A stretch of 64,000 nt of DNA from NCBI RefSeq assembly GCF_009914755.1, contig NC_060927.1; one strand, written 5' to 3'. Position 1 is the first letter of the stretch, and each line of letters starts with the position of its first letter. The notes under the pieces are model-generated. The model did not search any database. It was not told where the DNA came from and saw only the letters and a list, made by a program, of their open reading frames with translations. This document shows, piece by piece, positions 23,540 through 37,250 of this stretch. This DNA is from the human T2T-CHM13v2.0 reference genome, Homo sapiens. A program made the translations under genes and the position numbers.

Positions 23540-26500
23540 AATTTGATTTTCTCCTCATTTTCTGTTGAAATTAAGAAATATTTTGATTTATTTTAAATAT
23601 TAAGAAAACATTGCTTTCCTGAGATAAACCTCACTTGGTAATAATGTATTATTATTTTTATATGTGGTTGTATATTATTTATTAATGTTTTTATTAGGGA
23701 TATCTAAATTTGAGATCATGAGGTATATCAGAATTTCTTTATCTTTATCTGGTTTTGATATGAGATGTTTCTGGCCTTTGAATAAAAGTGTTCCCTACTC
23801 CATTTTCTTGAAATGTTTGTGTAGGATAACTATTTTTTCCTTAAGTATTTGTTGAAATTTTCCAGTAGCTATTTTTTTATTATGAGAATTTATATATTTC
23901 AGCTAGATGATTAAATTATTGTAATATTTTAGTATAATAATATTCCCTTTTTTAAATGTTTGTAGTATCCTTAATGATGTTCCTCTTTCATTCCTGGCAT
24001 TGGTAGTTTATTTTTCCTCTTTTTAAAAATAATTATTCTAGTAAGAGGCTCATCATTATTTTTGATCTTTTCAAGGAAATAGTTTTTAGTTTATTAATTT
24101 TTTTCAATTGTTTTTATTCCATTTTATTGACTTATTTATTTACTGTTTCCTTCCTTTACCTTATTTTGGGCTTAATTTGCTTTTTCACTTTTTAACTTCT
24201 TAAAGAGTAAATGTAGATAAATGACTTTAGACCTTTTTTCTTTTTCCATATAAACATTTAAAGCTATACATTTCCATTTAGGTGCCACTTTTATCTGTAT
24301 TGTATATTTGATATATTATATTTTTATTTTCATTCAATTCAAAATGTTTTCTATGTGTATGACCTTTACACTGAACAATTCACCCAATAATAATGCAAAT
24401 TCTTTGAAGTGCACATGGTACATTCACAATATAGACTACAAAACTGGCCATTAAATAAGCCCAGAAGATTTTAAAGGATTGAAATAATACAAAGTGTGTT
24501 CTCTGACAACAATGGAATTAAATCAGAAATGAATAACAGATATTTGGAAAATCTCCATCTATTCAGAGATTAATGGACACACTTCTAAATAACCCATGGG
24601 GGAAAGAAGAAATCTAAAGAAAAATTAAATTATTTATATGTCCCCAACAATTTTGTATGTTGAAGTCCTAAACTCCAATTTGACAGTATTTGGAGGTGGA
24701 GCCTTTGAGAGGCAATGAGGTTTAGATGAGGTCATGAGAGTAGGGCTTTCCTGATAGGATTAGTGTCGTTATAAGAAAAGATACTGAAGCTTGCTCTCTT
24801 TCTCTCTGCCCTGTGAGGACACAGTGAGAAGGCACCGTCTGCAAGCCAGGAAGAGAGCCCTTACCAGAATCCCAATTAAGAACTTACAGCCTTCAAGCTG
24901 AGAAAATTAACTTCTGTTGTTTAACACACCCAGTCTATGGTATTTTTTAATGACAGACTGAGAAAACTGATACCTATCTCATGTAATTCTTGAAATTCTT
25001 TTTAAAAATTTGTTTCACTCGTCTTTGTTCCATCTTATTCTTTTCTTGTATTCTTTTGTATTATTGATTTCTTACCATTCAATTTTATCTCTACTTTTAG
25101 CGTACTAGTTAAACCTCTTTTTTAATAGTTGCTCTCTGTTTAAAATATACAGTCAATTTTTTGCAGTCTGCCTTCAAATAATATTTCTTCCTATGTGTAA
25201 TGTAAGGACTTTATAACAGTATACTTCTGTCCTTTTTGTCTTTTTATTATTTTTGTCACATTTAATTTCTACATGTTATGATTTTCACAATTGTTATTAC
25301 TTGTGCTTTAAGGAGTCATTTATTTAGAAAGGCATTAAAAACTGAGAAAAATATTCACATATTTACCCATTTTTTTCTTCATTTCTTTGTGTAAACTCAA
25401 ATTTCCATCTGCTTTCAATTATTTTCCCTTTTATTTTTGAAAGATATTTTCACTGAAGAAAGTCTTCTAGGTCTACAGTACCTTTTTGCTTTCAGCAATT
25501 TTATTTTGTTATTCTGTTGTTTTTGGCTTGGAAAATTTCTGACAAGAAATCCGTTATTTTTATTTTTCTGTTTAAGATGTGTTTTTTTCTGGATGTTTTT
25601 CATATTTTGTCTTTCAGAAATTTAATTATGATGTGCCTTGGTGTAGTTTTATTTGTGCTTCTGTTGTTTGGAGTTCATTGACCTTTGATCTCCTAATTTA
25701 AGTTTTAAAATTTGCAAAACTTTTGGCCATTATTTCTTCAGCAATATTTTTGTCCATTACTTTCCTTCTGGAATATGAATTTCATGTATGTTGTATCACT
25801 TGATATTGTCCAGCAATGAGACTCTATTAATCTATTTTCAAACTTCTACAAATCTCTTTATGCTTCATGTTGGATTGTTTATATTGCCATTTTTTCAAGT
25901 TCACTAATCCTTTTTTGTTTCTGTAGAGGCTAACCTTCTCTTAACCTTATCCAGTAAAATTTTAATATAAAATATGGCCTTTTTCATCTCTAGAAATTCC
26001 ATTTGATTCTTCTTTATGTTTTTTATATCTCTTCTTCTTATGCTGATTTTTATTATATTGTTTTATAATAGCTGTTTTCATATGCTTGCCTATCAATTCA
26101 CTATTTCTGCCAGTTTAGGGTCTTCCTATTGATTGCATTTTCTTCTGATTATGTATCATGGTTTTCTGCCTCTAAGTTGTCTAGAAATTTTTAATTGGAG
26201 TTTTGACATTATAGATTTGGAAATTATCCTGGCAGGCAGTTACATTTTTGCATGTAAACTTACCCCTTTCAAGATTGTTTTTCAGGTTTTATTTGGTGAG
26301 TTTTGTATTATCTTTAGAGCTAATTTAGCTCCGTTACTTAGGCTTAGTCCTCCTGGGGTGTCTAATGAATGCCCCATGTATTCAAGGGTTTCTCTAAACT
26401 CTGATTATTGGCAACATGAAAAATTCATACCTGTGTTATCTACTTGAATTTTTTAACTTATAGATACTGGGTTACTGTTTTTGCCCCCACTTGTTTGCTT

Positions 26501-26900
26501 TTCCACTGAAGTTTTATTCATATGAAGTTAGATGTTTAGACAAAACCTTATGTGTACCTTTATGCAGACTTATGTAGTGCTTTGTTTGCATAGCTTTCTC
26601 TTTGTTAGTACTTTTGTAAGGTCTAGCTACAACAACTTCTCTTAACTGAAGATATTGTCTCCTCCTGTCAGCAAGATTGTCAGTTCTGTTTGTGCTCCTA
26701 TTACTTAAGACACAGCCTGGAGATTGTCTCCAGGCAGAAATCTGAGGCAATTATAGGGTTCACCTCATATATTCTCAGGGCTCACAGCAGTTCTCTTCTG
26801 CCTATTGTACACTATCTGAAAACAATAGTTGTTTTCTGTATTTTGTCCAATCTTCTATTGTTTACAGTAGAAGTGCAAGTCTCATAGGCATTACTTTTTT
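23540..26900 (-). mobile_element. Old L1M fragment(s) with an internal inversion and an MLT1A insertion
   Basis: T-rich antisense L1 ORF2/ORF1 phrases (aaacctcacttggtaataatg; aattatgatgtgccttggtgtag; tctagaaattccatttgattc). Confidence 0.65.
24632..24973 (+). mobile_element. MaLR LTR (MLT1A/MSTD-like)
   Basis: tatgttgaagtcctaaactcc; gtatttggaggtggagcctttg; tgtgaggacacagtgagaagg; cccagtctatggtatttt. Confidence 0.85.
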
Positions 26901-27249
26901 CACTGAGGGAAATGGAAGTATAAGACATCGCTTTTTGTCACTTATCTCTGACTAAAATCTTCTAATACTTCTTTTTGGCTATGCAGAGTCTGCATTTCTG
27001 AGTGTAGCATAAGGATTCATAAAGGAACCAAGCAAATTCTTCATCCCTGCATTAAATATGTAATTTACTAGTTTCTATAACTTGGCTCCTATTCTTCCTT
27101 TCTTCATCAAGGAAAATGCTTTATCTTTATAATTTTCTAAATTGTGTCCATTACAATTACAATACAGCATGAATTCTATCTCTTCTAAGACCATCCCAAA
27201 AGTGATCAGTTGCCTCTTTGAACTTAATTTTGTTATTTATGTTAATTTG

Positions 27250-27770
27250 TTAATTTAGTTAATCATTCATGCAATTACTGAAGAAAAGTTATGATACATT
27301 TAACCACAATTTTTATTTTCAAGGAATTCAGCCTAGGGGAGGAAATAGATTTATAAAAATAGTGACTGTAACAGAGATTAAAAATGCTGGAAAAGAACTA
27401 AGTACAGGCATAGAAGTGGTGCAGGAAAGAGTATTGCTCAACTCTTACATGGAATTAATGGAGGAGAATAAAAAATAACTTGCTAGAATCGGTGGCACTG
27501 AGGCAGAACTGGAAGCATAAGAGTTATAAGGTGTCCACCAGGTACTCACTTCAGAATGAGGAGCACAATATGTAAAAATAGTGCTCTAAGTTTGAATCTT
27601 CAAGTGTTTAAATATAGTCAGAACATAGGGTGAGAGGGAGACGGGAGTATCAGAGATAAGACTGGAGATGTAAGAAGGATTAGACAATGGGAAACCATTT
27701 ATGCCATGATAATGAGTTGGATTGTATTATAGGTAAATGTGGTACCAACGAAAGGTTATGAATTACTGAT
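27250..27770 (-). mobile_element. L2 fragment
   Basis: aaggaattcagcctaggggga; gagataagactggagatgtaag; ccatgataatgagttggattgtattataggtaaatg. Confidence 0.5.
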
Positions 27771-27779
27771 TAATAGCTA

Positions 27780-27997
<218 letters not shown>

Positions 27998-28083
27998 AAT
28001 ACGTATTCAATATACAACATTCAATATATATTCAATATAGAACAATATTTTGGCCATTACTCTCTTTCTGGGATATCATTTGC

Positions 28084-28459
28084 ATATATATCTGATGATA
28101 TATATATATATATCTGATGATATATATATATATATCTGATGATATATATATATCTGATGATATATATCTGATGATATATATATCTGATGAGATATATATC
28201 TGATGATATATGTATATGATGATTGATATATATCTGATGATACATATATATCTGATGATATATATATCTGATGATATATATATCTGATACATATATATCT
28301 GATGATACATATATATCTGATGATATATATATCTGATGATATATATATCTGATGATACATATATATCTGATGACATATATATCTGATGATATATATATAT
28401 GATGATATATATATCTGATGAGATATATATATCTGATGATATATATATGTCTGATGATA
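28084..28459. repeat. AT-rich minisatellite [(AT)nCTGATG]~22
   Basis: About 20 ctgat anchors plus 2 variants, separated by variable (AT) spacers; units roughly 14-22 bp. Confidence 0.97.
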
Positions 28460-29449
28460 GCATGAAAAATAAATTGAAAATAAGGTAAGATTGGAAATCA
28501 ATAGAACAATAAGGATATAATTACAAATTATTGAAAACATATTTCCCTGAATTTCTGGAAATACTGGTCTATTGAATATGTTTGGATTTATATGTTGCCA
28601 TTGAAAAGTTCCTATGCCAACCTGGTTTTGTCCTCTTTACCTGAAAGCCCAGAGGGTATTTGTTTTACTTTATGACTTAGTTTTTAAATGGTATGTTTCA
28701 AATTACTTGTTTCCCTTAATTTTCACAGGTGCATAGGTGCATAAGAAACTTACTGATATGTAGATTCATATTTTTTATTTCTAGAAAATCTCATATTATA
28801 ATTTTAGTAATAATTCTATTTCATTGAATGCTTTTTCAGAAACTCTAATTACATATATGTTGGATTTTATTCTCCTATAAGTGATATCAATCAGTTTTTC
28901 TCTGATAACTTTTTGTTTGTTTTCAGTTTTGTTTTTCTCACGTAGCTGTTTGTATGACTTTTCTTTTTTGTTGTTGTTGCATTTAGGTTCCAGAAGATGA
29001 CTACATTTTTTCACATTTTAATTGTTTTAAGTCTGCCAGGCCCTATTTCTCCATGGGGCTTTATATTTCATTCAAGTGGCAATCCAACACAATTTTCATC
29101 CACTTCATGAAATCTATCACATCTTTCTCGAGATCATTTCACACTAAAGTTCAAGCATGTTTACTGTATCAGAAAATTAGTGGGTGAGATATTGGAACAA
29201 TGGCTGAAGATAGACACTAGAGTGAAGCACGGAGAAATGGTTAAGGGGAAAGTAATTCTGCAAGTGGTTAGTTCACTTAGGAATATTTGTGTTCTGACAA
29301 TTCTTACTTGCCTAGACAGCATTGTCACTTCAGGAACTGGCATACTGAATGACATGATAACGTGAATCTTCCTGTTGACTCATCAGTTAATATCATAACT
29401 TTACCTCATTATATATACAAAAATTAACACTTGAGCTAATTTGTAGGTA

Positions 29450-31707
29450 TTTCTATTTTTATTACAATAGGTTTTGGGGAAACAGGTCGTATTTGGTTAC
29501 ATTGGTAAGTTCTTTAGTGGTGATTTCTGAGATTTTGATGCACCTATCACCGGAGCAGCATACACTGTAACCAGTGTGTTGTCTTTCATCCTTCACTCCT
29601 CGCTCACCGTTCCACCTGAGTCCCTTAAGTCCACTGCATCATTCTTACACCTGTGCATCCTCATAGCTTAGTTCTCACTTATAAATAAGAATATATGATG
29701 TTTTGCCTTCCATTCCTGAGTTACCTCACTTAGAATAATGGTTTCCAACTTCCAATTCAGGTTGCTGAAAATGCCATCATTTTTTCCCCTTTTTGTGGTT
29801 GAGTAGTATTCAATAGTATACATTTTCTTTATTCCTTGATTGATGGGCATTTGGGCTGGTTTCATATTTTTACGATTGCTAATTGTGCTGCTATAAACGT
29901 GTGTGCAAGTGTCTTTTTTATATAATGACTTCTTTCCCTCTGGGTAGATATGCAGCAGTGAGGTTGCTGGATCAAATGGTAGATTGACTTTTAGTTCTTT
30001 AAGGAATCTCCATACTGTTTTCCATAGTGATTGTACCAGTTTACAATCCCACCAGCAGTGCATAAGTGTTCCCTTTTCACCACATCCATGCCAACATCTA
30101 ATTTTTTTTATTTTTAAATTACGGCCATTCTTGCAGGAGTAAGGTGGTATCACAATGTGGTTTTAATTTGCATTTGCCTGATAATTAGTGATGTTGAACA
30201 TTTTTTCTTATGTTTGTTAGTCATTTGTATGTCTTCTTTTGAGAGTGATCTATTCATATCATTAGCCCAATTCTTGATGGGATTATTTTTTTTTCTCTTA
30301 CTTATTTGTTTGGGGTTCTTTGTAGATTTGGGGTATTAGTCTTTTGTTGGATGCAAATTTGTGAAAAATTTCTCCCACTCTGTGGGTTGTCTGTTTAGGC
30401 TGCTGATTTTTTCTTTTGCTGTGCAGAAGCTTTTTAGTTTAATTACGTCCCATCTGTTTATCTTTGTTTTTGTTGCATTTGCTTTTGGGTGATTGGTCAT
30501 GAAGTCTTTGCCTATGCCAACGTCTAGAAGGATTTTTCTGATGTTGTCTTCTAGAATGTTTATAGTTTCAGGTCTTAGATTTAAGTCTTTGATCTATCTT
30601 GACTTGATTTTTGTATAAGGCAAGAGGTGAGGATCCAGTTTCAATCTTCTACATGTGGCTAGCCAATTATCCCAGCACCATTTGTTGAATAGGGTGTCCT
30701 TTCCCCACTTTATGTTTTCCTTGCTTTGTTGAAGATCAATGGACTGTAAGTATTTGGCTTTATTTCTGGGTTCTCCATTTCATTCCACTGGTCTATGTGT
30801 TTATTTTTATACCAGTACTGCACTGTTTTGGTGGCTATAGCCTTAAAGTATAGTTTGAAGTTGGGTCATGTGATGCTTCTAGGTTTGTTCCTTTTGCTTT
30901 GGCTATGCAAGCTCCTTCTTGGCTCCATATACATTTTAGGGTTGTTTTCTCTGGTTTTGTGGAGAATGATGGTGGTGTTTTGATGTGAATTGCATTGAAT
31001 TTGTAGATTGCATTTAGCAGTATGGTATTTTCACGATATTGATTCTACACATCCATGAGCATGGGATATGTTTTCATTTGTTTGTGGTGTCTATGATTCT
31101 TTCAGCAGTGTTTTGAAGTTTTCCTTTTAGAGGTCTTTTACATACTTGGTTAGGTATATTCCTAAGTATTTTATTTTATTTTTCTGCAGCTATTGTGAAA
31201 GGGGTTGAGTTCTTGATTTGATTCTCAGCTTGGTCACTGTTGGTGTATAGCAGAGCTACTGATTTGTGTACATTAATTTTGTATCCTGAAACTTTGCTTA
31301 ATGCATTTACCAGTTCTAGGAGCTTTTTGGATGAGTCTTTAAGGTTTTCTTGGTGTATGATTGTATCATCAGCAAACAGCAATGGTTTGACTTCTTGTTT
31401 ACTAATTTGGATGCCCTTTATTTCTTTCTCTTGTGTGATTGCTCTGGCTAGGACTTCCAGTACTACGTTGAATAGAAGTGGTGAAAGTGGGCATCCTTGT
31501 CTTGTTCCAATTCTCAGGGGGAATGCTTTCAACTTTTCCCCATTCATTATAATGTTGGCTGTGGGTTTGTCATAGATGGCTTTTATTATGTTAAGGTATG
31601 TCCCTTCTATGCCAAGTTCTTGATTTGATTCTCAGCTTGGTTGCTGTTGGTATATAGCAGAGCTACTGATTTATGCACATTAATCTTGTATCCTGAAATT
31701 TGCTGAA
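29450..31707 (-). mobile_element. 5'-truncated L1PB-type element
   Basis: L1PB 3' end (ggtgatttctgagattttgatgcacc); ORF2 pieces [26 protein letters not shown]...LFADD and [19 protein letters not shown]. Confidence 0.93.
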
Positions 31708-31719
31708 CTTTCTTAATGT

Positions 31720-32295
31720 TTCTGTTTATTTATGCATTAAAATGACCAAAATTTAGTGGTTCTTCAGCAATCTAATTAATATCTCTCACAATTCTATGGT
31801 TTGACCAGGGTCAGCAGGGCGGTCGCCAGTTGGTCTGCAGTCATGTGAGGTCACAATAGGTCTGGATTTTCCGAGATGACTCATTCGCAAATCTGGTACA
31901 TTGTTGAAGATGGCTAGAAGACTGGGCTCAGCTGAGAGGTTAAGATTTTTGAGCCCCCCTTTCTCTATGCATAGTTTCAGAACCTCTCTCTCTCCATGTG
32001 ATTTATCTGGCAGGATAACCTAACTTTAGATGAAGGCTCAGCGCTCCACAAAAGGCTAGTGGAAGCAACTTCTTAAGCTTGGACTGGCACAACATAGCTT
32101 CTGTCACATAAAACACCCATGGAGCAGGACATAATTGTAACACAGTTATAATTGTGTTACAATCTATAAAATATTAATACTATATTATTAATAACTATAG
32201 CAATATATTGTTTAAAGAGAGTCATTGAGAACCCCATTGGGGTTCTCAAAACATAAACACCAGGAGATGTGGTTTATAGGAACTGTCTTTGGAAA
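31720..32295 (-). mobile_element. Old MLT1-type LTR
   Basis: ccaaaatttagtgg; tctcacaattctatggtttgacc; gatggctagaagactgggctcagctg. Confidence 0.6.
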
Positions 32296-33822
32296 GATAT
32301 TCATTCAATTTCTTTTAATATGTTTCAGTCAAATCTAGTTTTCCTTGGCTCCTAATAATTGTCTTTATTTCTTAGAAAAGTTTTGTCTTCTTTAATTATT
32401 TCCTGAACTTTTTCACATCTATATTTTAATCTTTTAGCTCATATCTGTTCTTAGTTTTAGAAGTTTTGATCTGAGGTTTTATTTTAAAATATCTGCTTGT
32501 TTAAGCTGTTCAATTTTAGTTTGTGTCCTGTGTTACAATTATCCCTGCTCCATGGATGTTTTCAGGAGGAACAATATTCCTAAGCAGAAAAAAATGTATT
32601 GGGTTTTTATTTTATATTTTATTTTTTTCTTTTAACACTTACCATGGGTGTTCTCAGTTGCTTTCTGGCAATTTAAAACGTAAAATTGTTCAGGATCATC
32701 AATTACATTTATAGATAGACAGGTATGAGTGGTTTGGATAGTTAACTAAATTTTGTCTGTTTTTGTTTTATTTTGGTTTTGGTTTACCACATATTTCTTC
32801 TATAGTGAAATGAAAGTTTCAAATTTTGGGGACCTTTCTTGGAGAAAATTTTAAAGTGTCTTCTGATTTTGATTGTCTTTTGTTTCTTTGGGATATTTAA
32901 TTTCCTTTTTTTTTCTTTTACTCCCAAGCCTAAGAAGGGTTTCTCCCTCTTCTGTGTTCCCCCTTCCACAGAGGTTGAGCTTTCAGAGAGACTGCTTGTT
33001 TTACTCCTGCATACTCCCATGTCTCTTTCTTCTGATAGCTCATAGCCTTTGCTCTTTCCTATCAAGTTTTCTGTATTCCCTTCACTTAGGATGTAACTTC
33101 CTATTTCTGAGAGTGATTTTTGGGTTCTGCTACTCTGAGGCTTTAGTTCTTCTCTTCTTTTATTCTGTAGGCTCCATCTTCTCTTTAGTCTGGTCCAGTC
33201 TCCAGAGTAGATGTTTGGGCATAATTTACTGCTTATCGGTAAATTGAAGTTTATACTATTCTGTCTTCTAGTTATACTAAAGGTGTTTTGGAGGGATATG
33301 TTTGTTCTTGTTCATCAATAAAGTTTTTGCTTTTTGTTTTTTTTAATTTAAGGATGTGTGGAGAGATTTGGATTTTGCCAATTTCCATTATCTTATGGAA
33401 ACCATATGGATACAAATGATTAATTTGATTTTAAGAGCCACCATTATTTACTTTTTAATAAAATAGGGTACAAAAATAAATATCTACTGAGTCCATCATT
33501 TTAAAATCTCTGGATTAGAAGCATAGTATGCAGGTGAGTCAAATCCATTTAAAAAGCTTGGGATAGAAATGACTATTTTCTTCCAAAAGGTAATAATGGT
33601 TGTAATAATTTTGACCTACAGAGACCTTCATATTTTAATAAAGATTCTTTACAGCAATATAGGGACCATAAAGACCTCCTTACCTCCTTGATTATCTGGA
33701 CAGAAATGGTGTTAAGTCCTGGATTTTTTTTTTTAATCATTTCTCACATCTTTGTCAACTATGATAGATGTTATTGCTAAACCCAATGGCTAGGCTGTGA
33801 TAGACTTCTATAGACTACTTGA

Positions 33823-34174
<352 letters not shown>

Positions 34175-36229
34175 TGCCAGTATAATGTTAAATACATCAG
34201 GCACTGTTAACGAAGAGGCACAATACTAAATCAATATTATGTTAATGTTCTTATTGGGGTTCTTATTTGCTTATGGATAAGCAAAACCTAATGTTAATAT
34301 AATATTAAAGCCCAAGCTAAGACTGAAGAAGTAAAACTTGCCAATCTTCTCATAAAACTTAAATCTTCAAACAATGCCATATTTGGATTCTGCAGCAAGA
34401 TTGATTCATGTCTTCTATACTTTAGATAAATGCTTATTCATCCTGATACACAAGGATATCATTAGCTTGCCAACATGTTTATGCTGGGTATCACAGTGCA
34501 ATCACAGAGGACTGATCACTATAAACAAAAAAGCAACCACTGTTTCTGTTTAGGGTAATATGAAATGAGCACTAAACATAGGCAGGGAAGACAGATGGAA
34601 CAGTTGAAAATTCGCAAATGTAAACACTTCTTTAGGACAAATTAACTGCTACCAGATTTCACAGTTATCTGTTTAATTGTCAATACTGTGTGTAGTTTCA
34701 TTTTATTAACTAATTCTTGGAGCATTAAAGATGATAAATTATCATGTACTCAATAAGGAGAATCAAAGTAAGTTGGGGATAAAGAAGATAAAACCTACTC
34801 TTTCCTAGTTTGATGAACAGTGAAGCTGGATTTTTACATATGTAAAAATATGATTTTTACATATGTTTTTAAATGGCTCAGAGAATATTGAAACAAGTTT
34901 TTCTGGGGGCAGTTAGCTTCCCTTTGTAGAGACCTTGGGTCAATATCCAAGGTGGGTAAATGAATGAGAGCAGGCTGACCAGGGAAACCAGATGGTTCTA
35001 TTGAGGAGGAGATGCTGGCACAAGACAGCTTCTCCTTCCATGTAAGCCCATTGAGAACTTTTAGGGACTAAGGATGAAGGTGACTATAATGACTGAAATG
35101 CAGCCTGAGGTCAAGCTCTCTGTCACACTAGCCTTGAAAGTAATCATGTCTGTTCCTATGGAAAAAAACTTAAGTTGCCTTGAGAATGGTAGTCATTTGT
35201 GATGACAAGAAATGACCCAAGGGACATTTGCAGAAGTTTGGTGACAGGAAATTAGATAGCATTTTCACTAAATAACTTTCCAACTCTCATATGAGGAGCA
35301 ATTTACATTATTAGTAAGTAGGCCTTTCCATCAGTCTTCAAAGCATCTTCTCTAAATGAGTACTGGGCTGATAATGAGAGACTATGCCAAGATTTCAGTT
35401 ATACAGCATTTTGTTTAATTCATATGAAGAAGCCTTTCGACACTTATTAATCCTAATTCAAATCAGGTTCTTGTCAGCTGGAGATTATCAGTTTCTTCTT
35501 TCTTCCTGAACTCCATTAGTGTCAGGACTCCTCACTCAATTGTGATGTCAACGTCAGAATCTCTCACCCAATTGTGATGTGAATTGATGGCATTAGTCCA
35601 CTAACTCCCAAAATATATTTGGAAATGACCAGTTCCCAATCTGTAATATTCATACTTTCAAGTTTCTTCTTATTATTATTGGTTTCAGAAACCATCTCAG
35701 TCCTTTGAGTCACCAGTGTGACTTTCTCCAAAGTTTCAAAAATGAACCACTTGAGAAATACTTCCAAGAAATAAGAAAGTCAAACAATGTTTAAAATCAG
35801 TATAGCTGCAATTTGCTCTGTCAAGTTTAAGAAGAAATCATGACAGGTTTATTAGTCTTTCTGCAACTTTCAACAAAAGAACAGAGAGAAAAAAAATAAC
35901 ATAATAAAAATATATTACACATATTCTAGACCATTGCACATTAAAAAAATCCCTATGATGTTGCTTTACTTGATCTTGATACATTTTGTTCACTCCCTAA
36001 TATTTTACACACGTCTCATATTTTTCATAAATCTTCTCTAAGATATATAGGAGGGAAAGGCATAATATTTATTCTAAACTCTTCTCATCTCATGCTCAGA
36101 TGAGTGGTTACCTAATTTTTTTTGCAAAACATCCCACATCCAGCATCCCACATCCAATAAATTGAGAAAAATTTATTTAACAAAACAGAGAAACTTGGTA
36201 AGAACAATGGAATACAATGTCATTTGAGC

Positions 36230-37030
<801 letters not shown>

Positions 37031-37079
37031 CATTGTAAATGAAAACAAGAGAAAAGAAAACAAATATTTCCTAAAGTCT

Positions 37080-37250
37080 GTTCATTGATATTCTGTATAG
37101 ATGTCCGTACAGTATTCCCTTTGGATTACAAGTAGAGTTTTTAATTGTTGCAGCTAGTTGAAGGGTAAAATGATGATTAAATCACAATGCCCAGTAGATT
37201 GAACTTAACTTTATCCTACAGGGAATCCTTTGGAAGTGTGAAGGGAATAT
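37080..37250 (+). promoter_or_regulatory. Putative OR5AC2 promoter block (homeodomain + O/E-like sites)
   Basis: TCCCTTTGGA ~37116-37125, TGATTA 37174-37179, TCCTACAGGGA 37214-37224; paralogous to the OR5AC1 block. Confidence 0.6.

Noticed and set aside
28032-28540. 143- and 154-aa Ile/Tyr/Ser-rich minus-strand ORFs; array superficially CRISPR-like
   Set aside because: Translation artefacts of the AT minisatellite; the spacers are (AT)n rather than unique sequence, and the DNA is primate.
31176-31547. 123-aa RT-like ORF
   Set aside because: Fragment of a truncated, disrupted L1PB ORF2.
32784-33247. Overlapping 93-124-aa ORFs
   Set aside because: Low-complexity T-rich sequence, probably old LINE-derived; no domain evidence.
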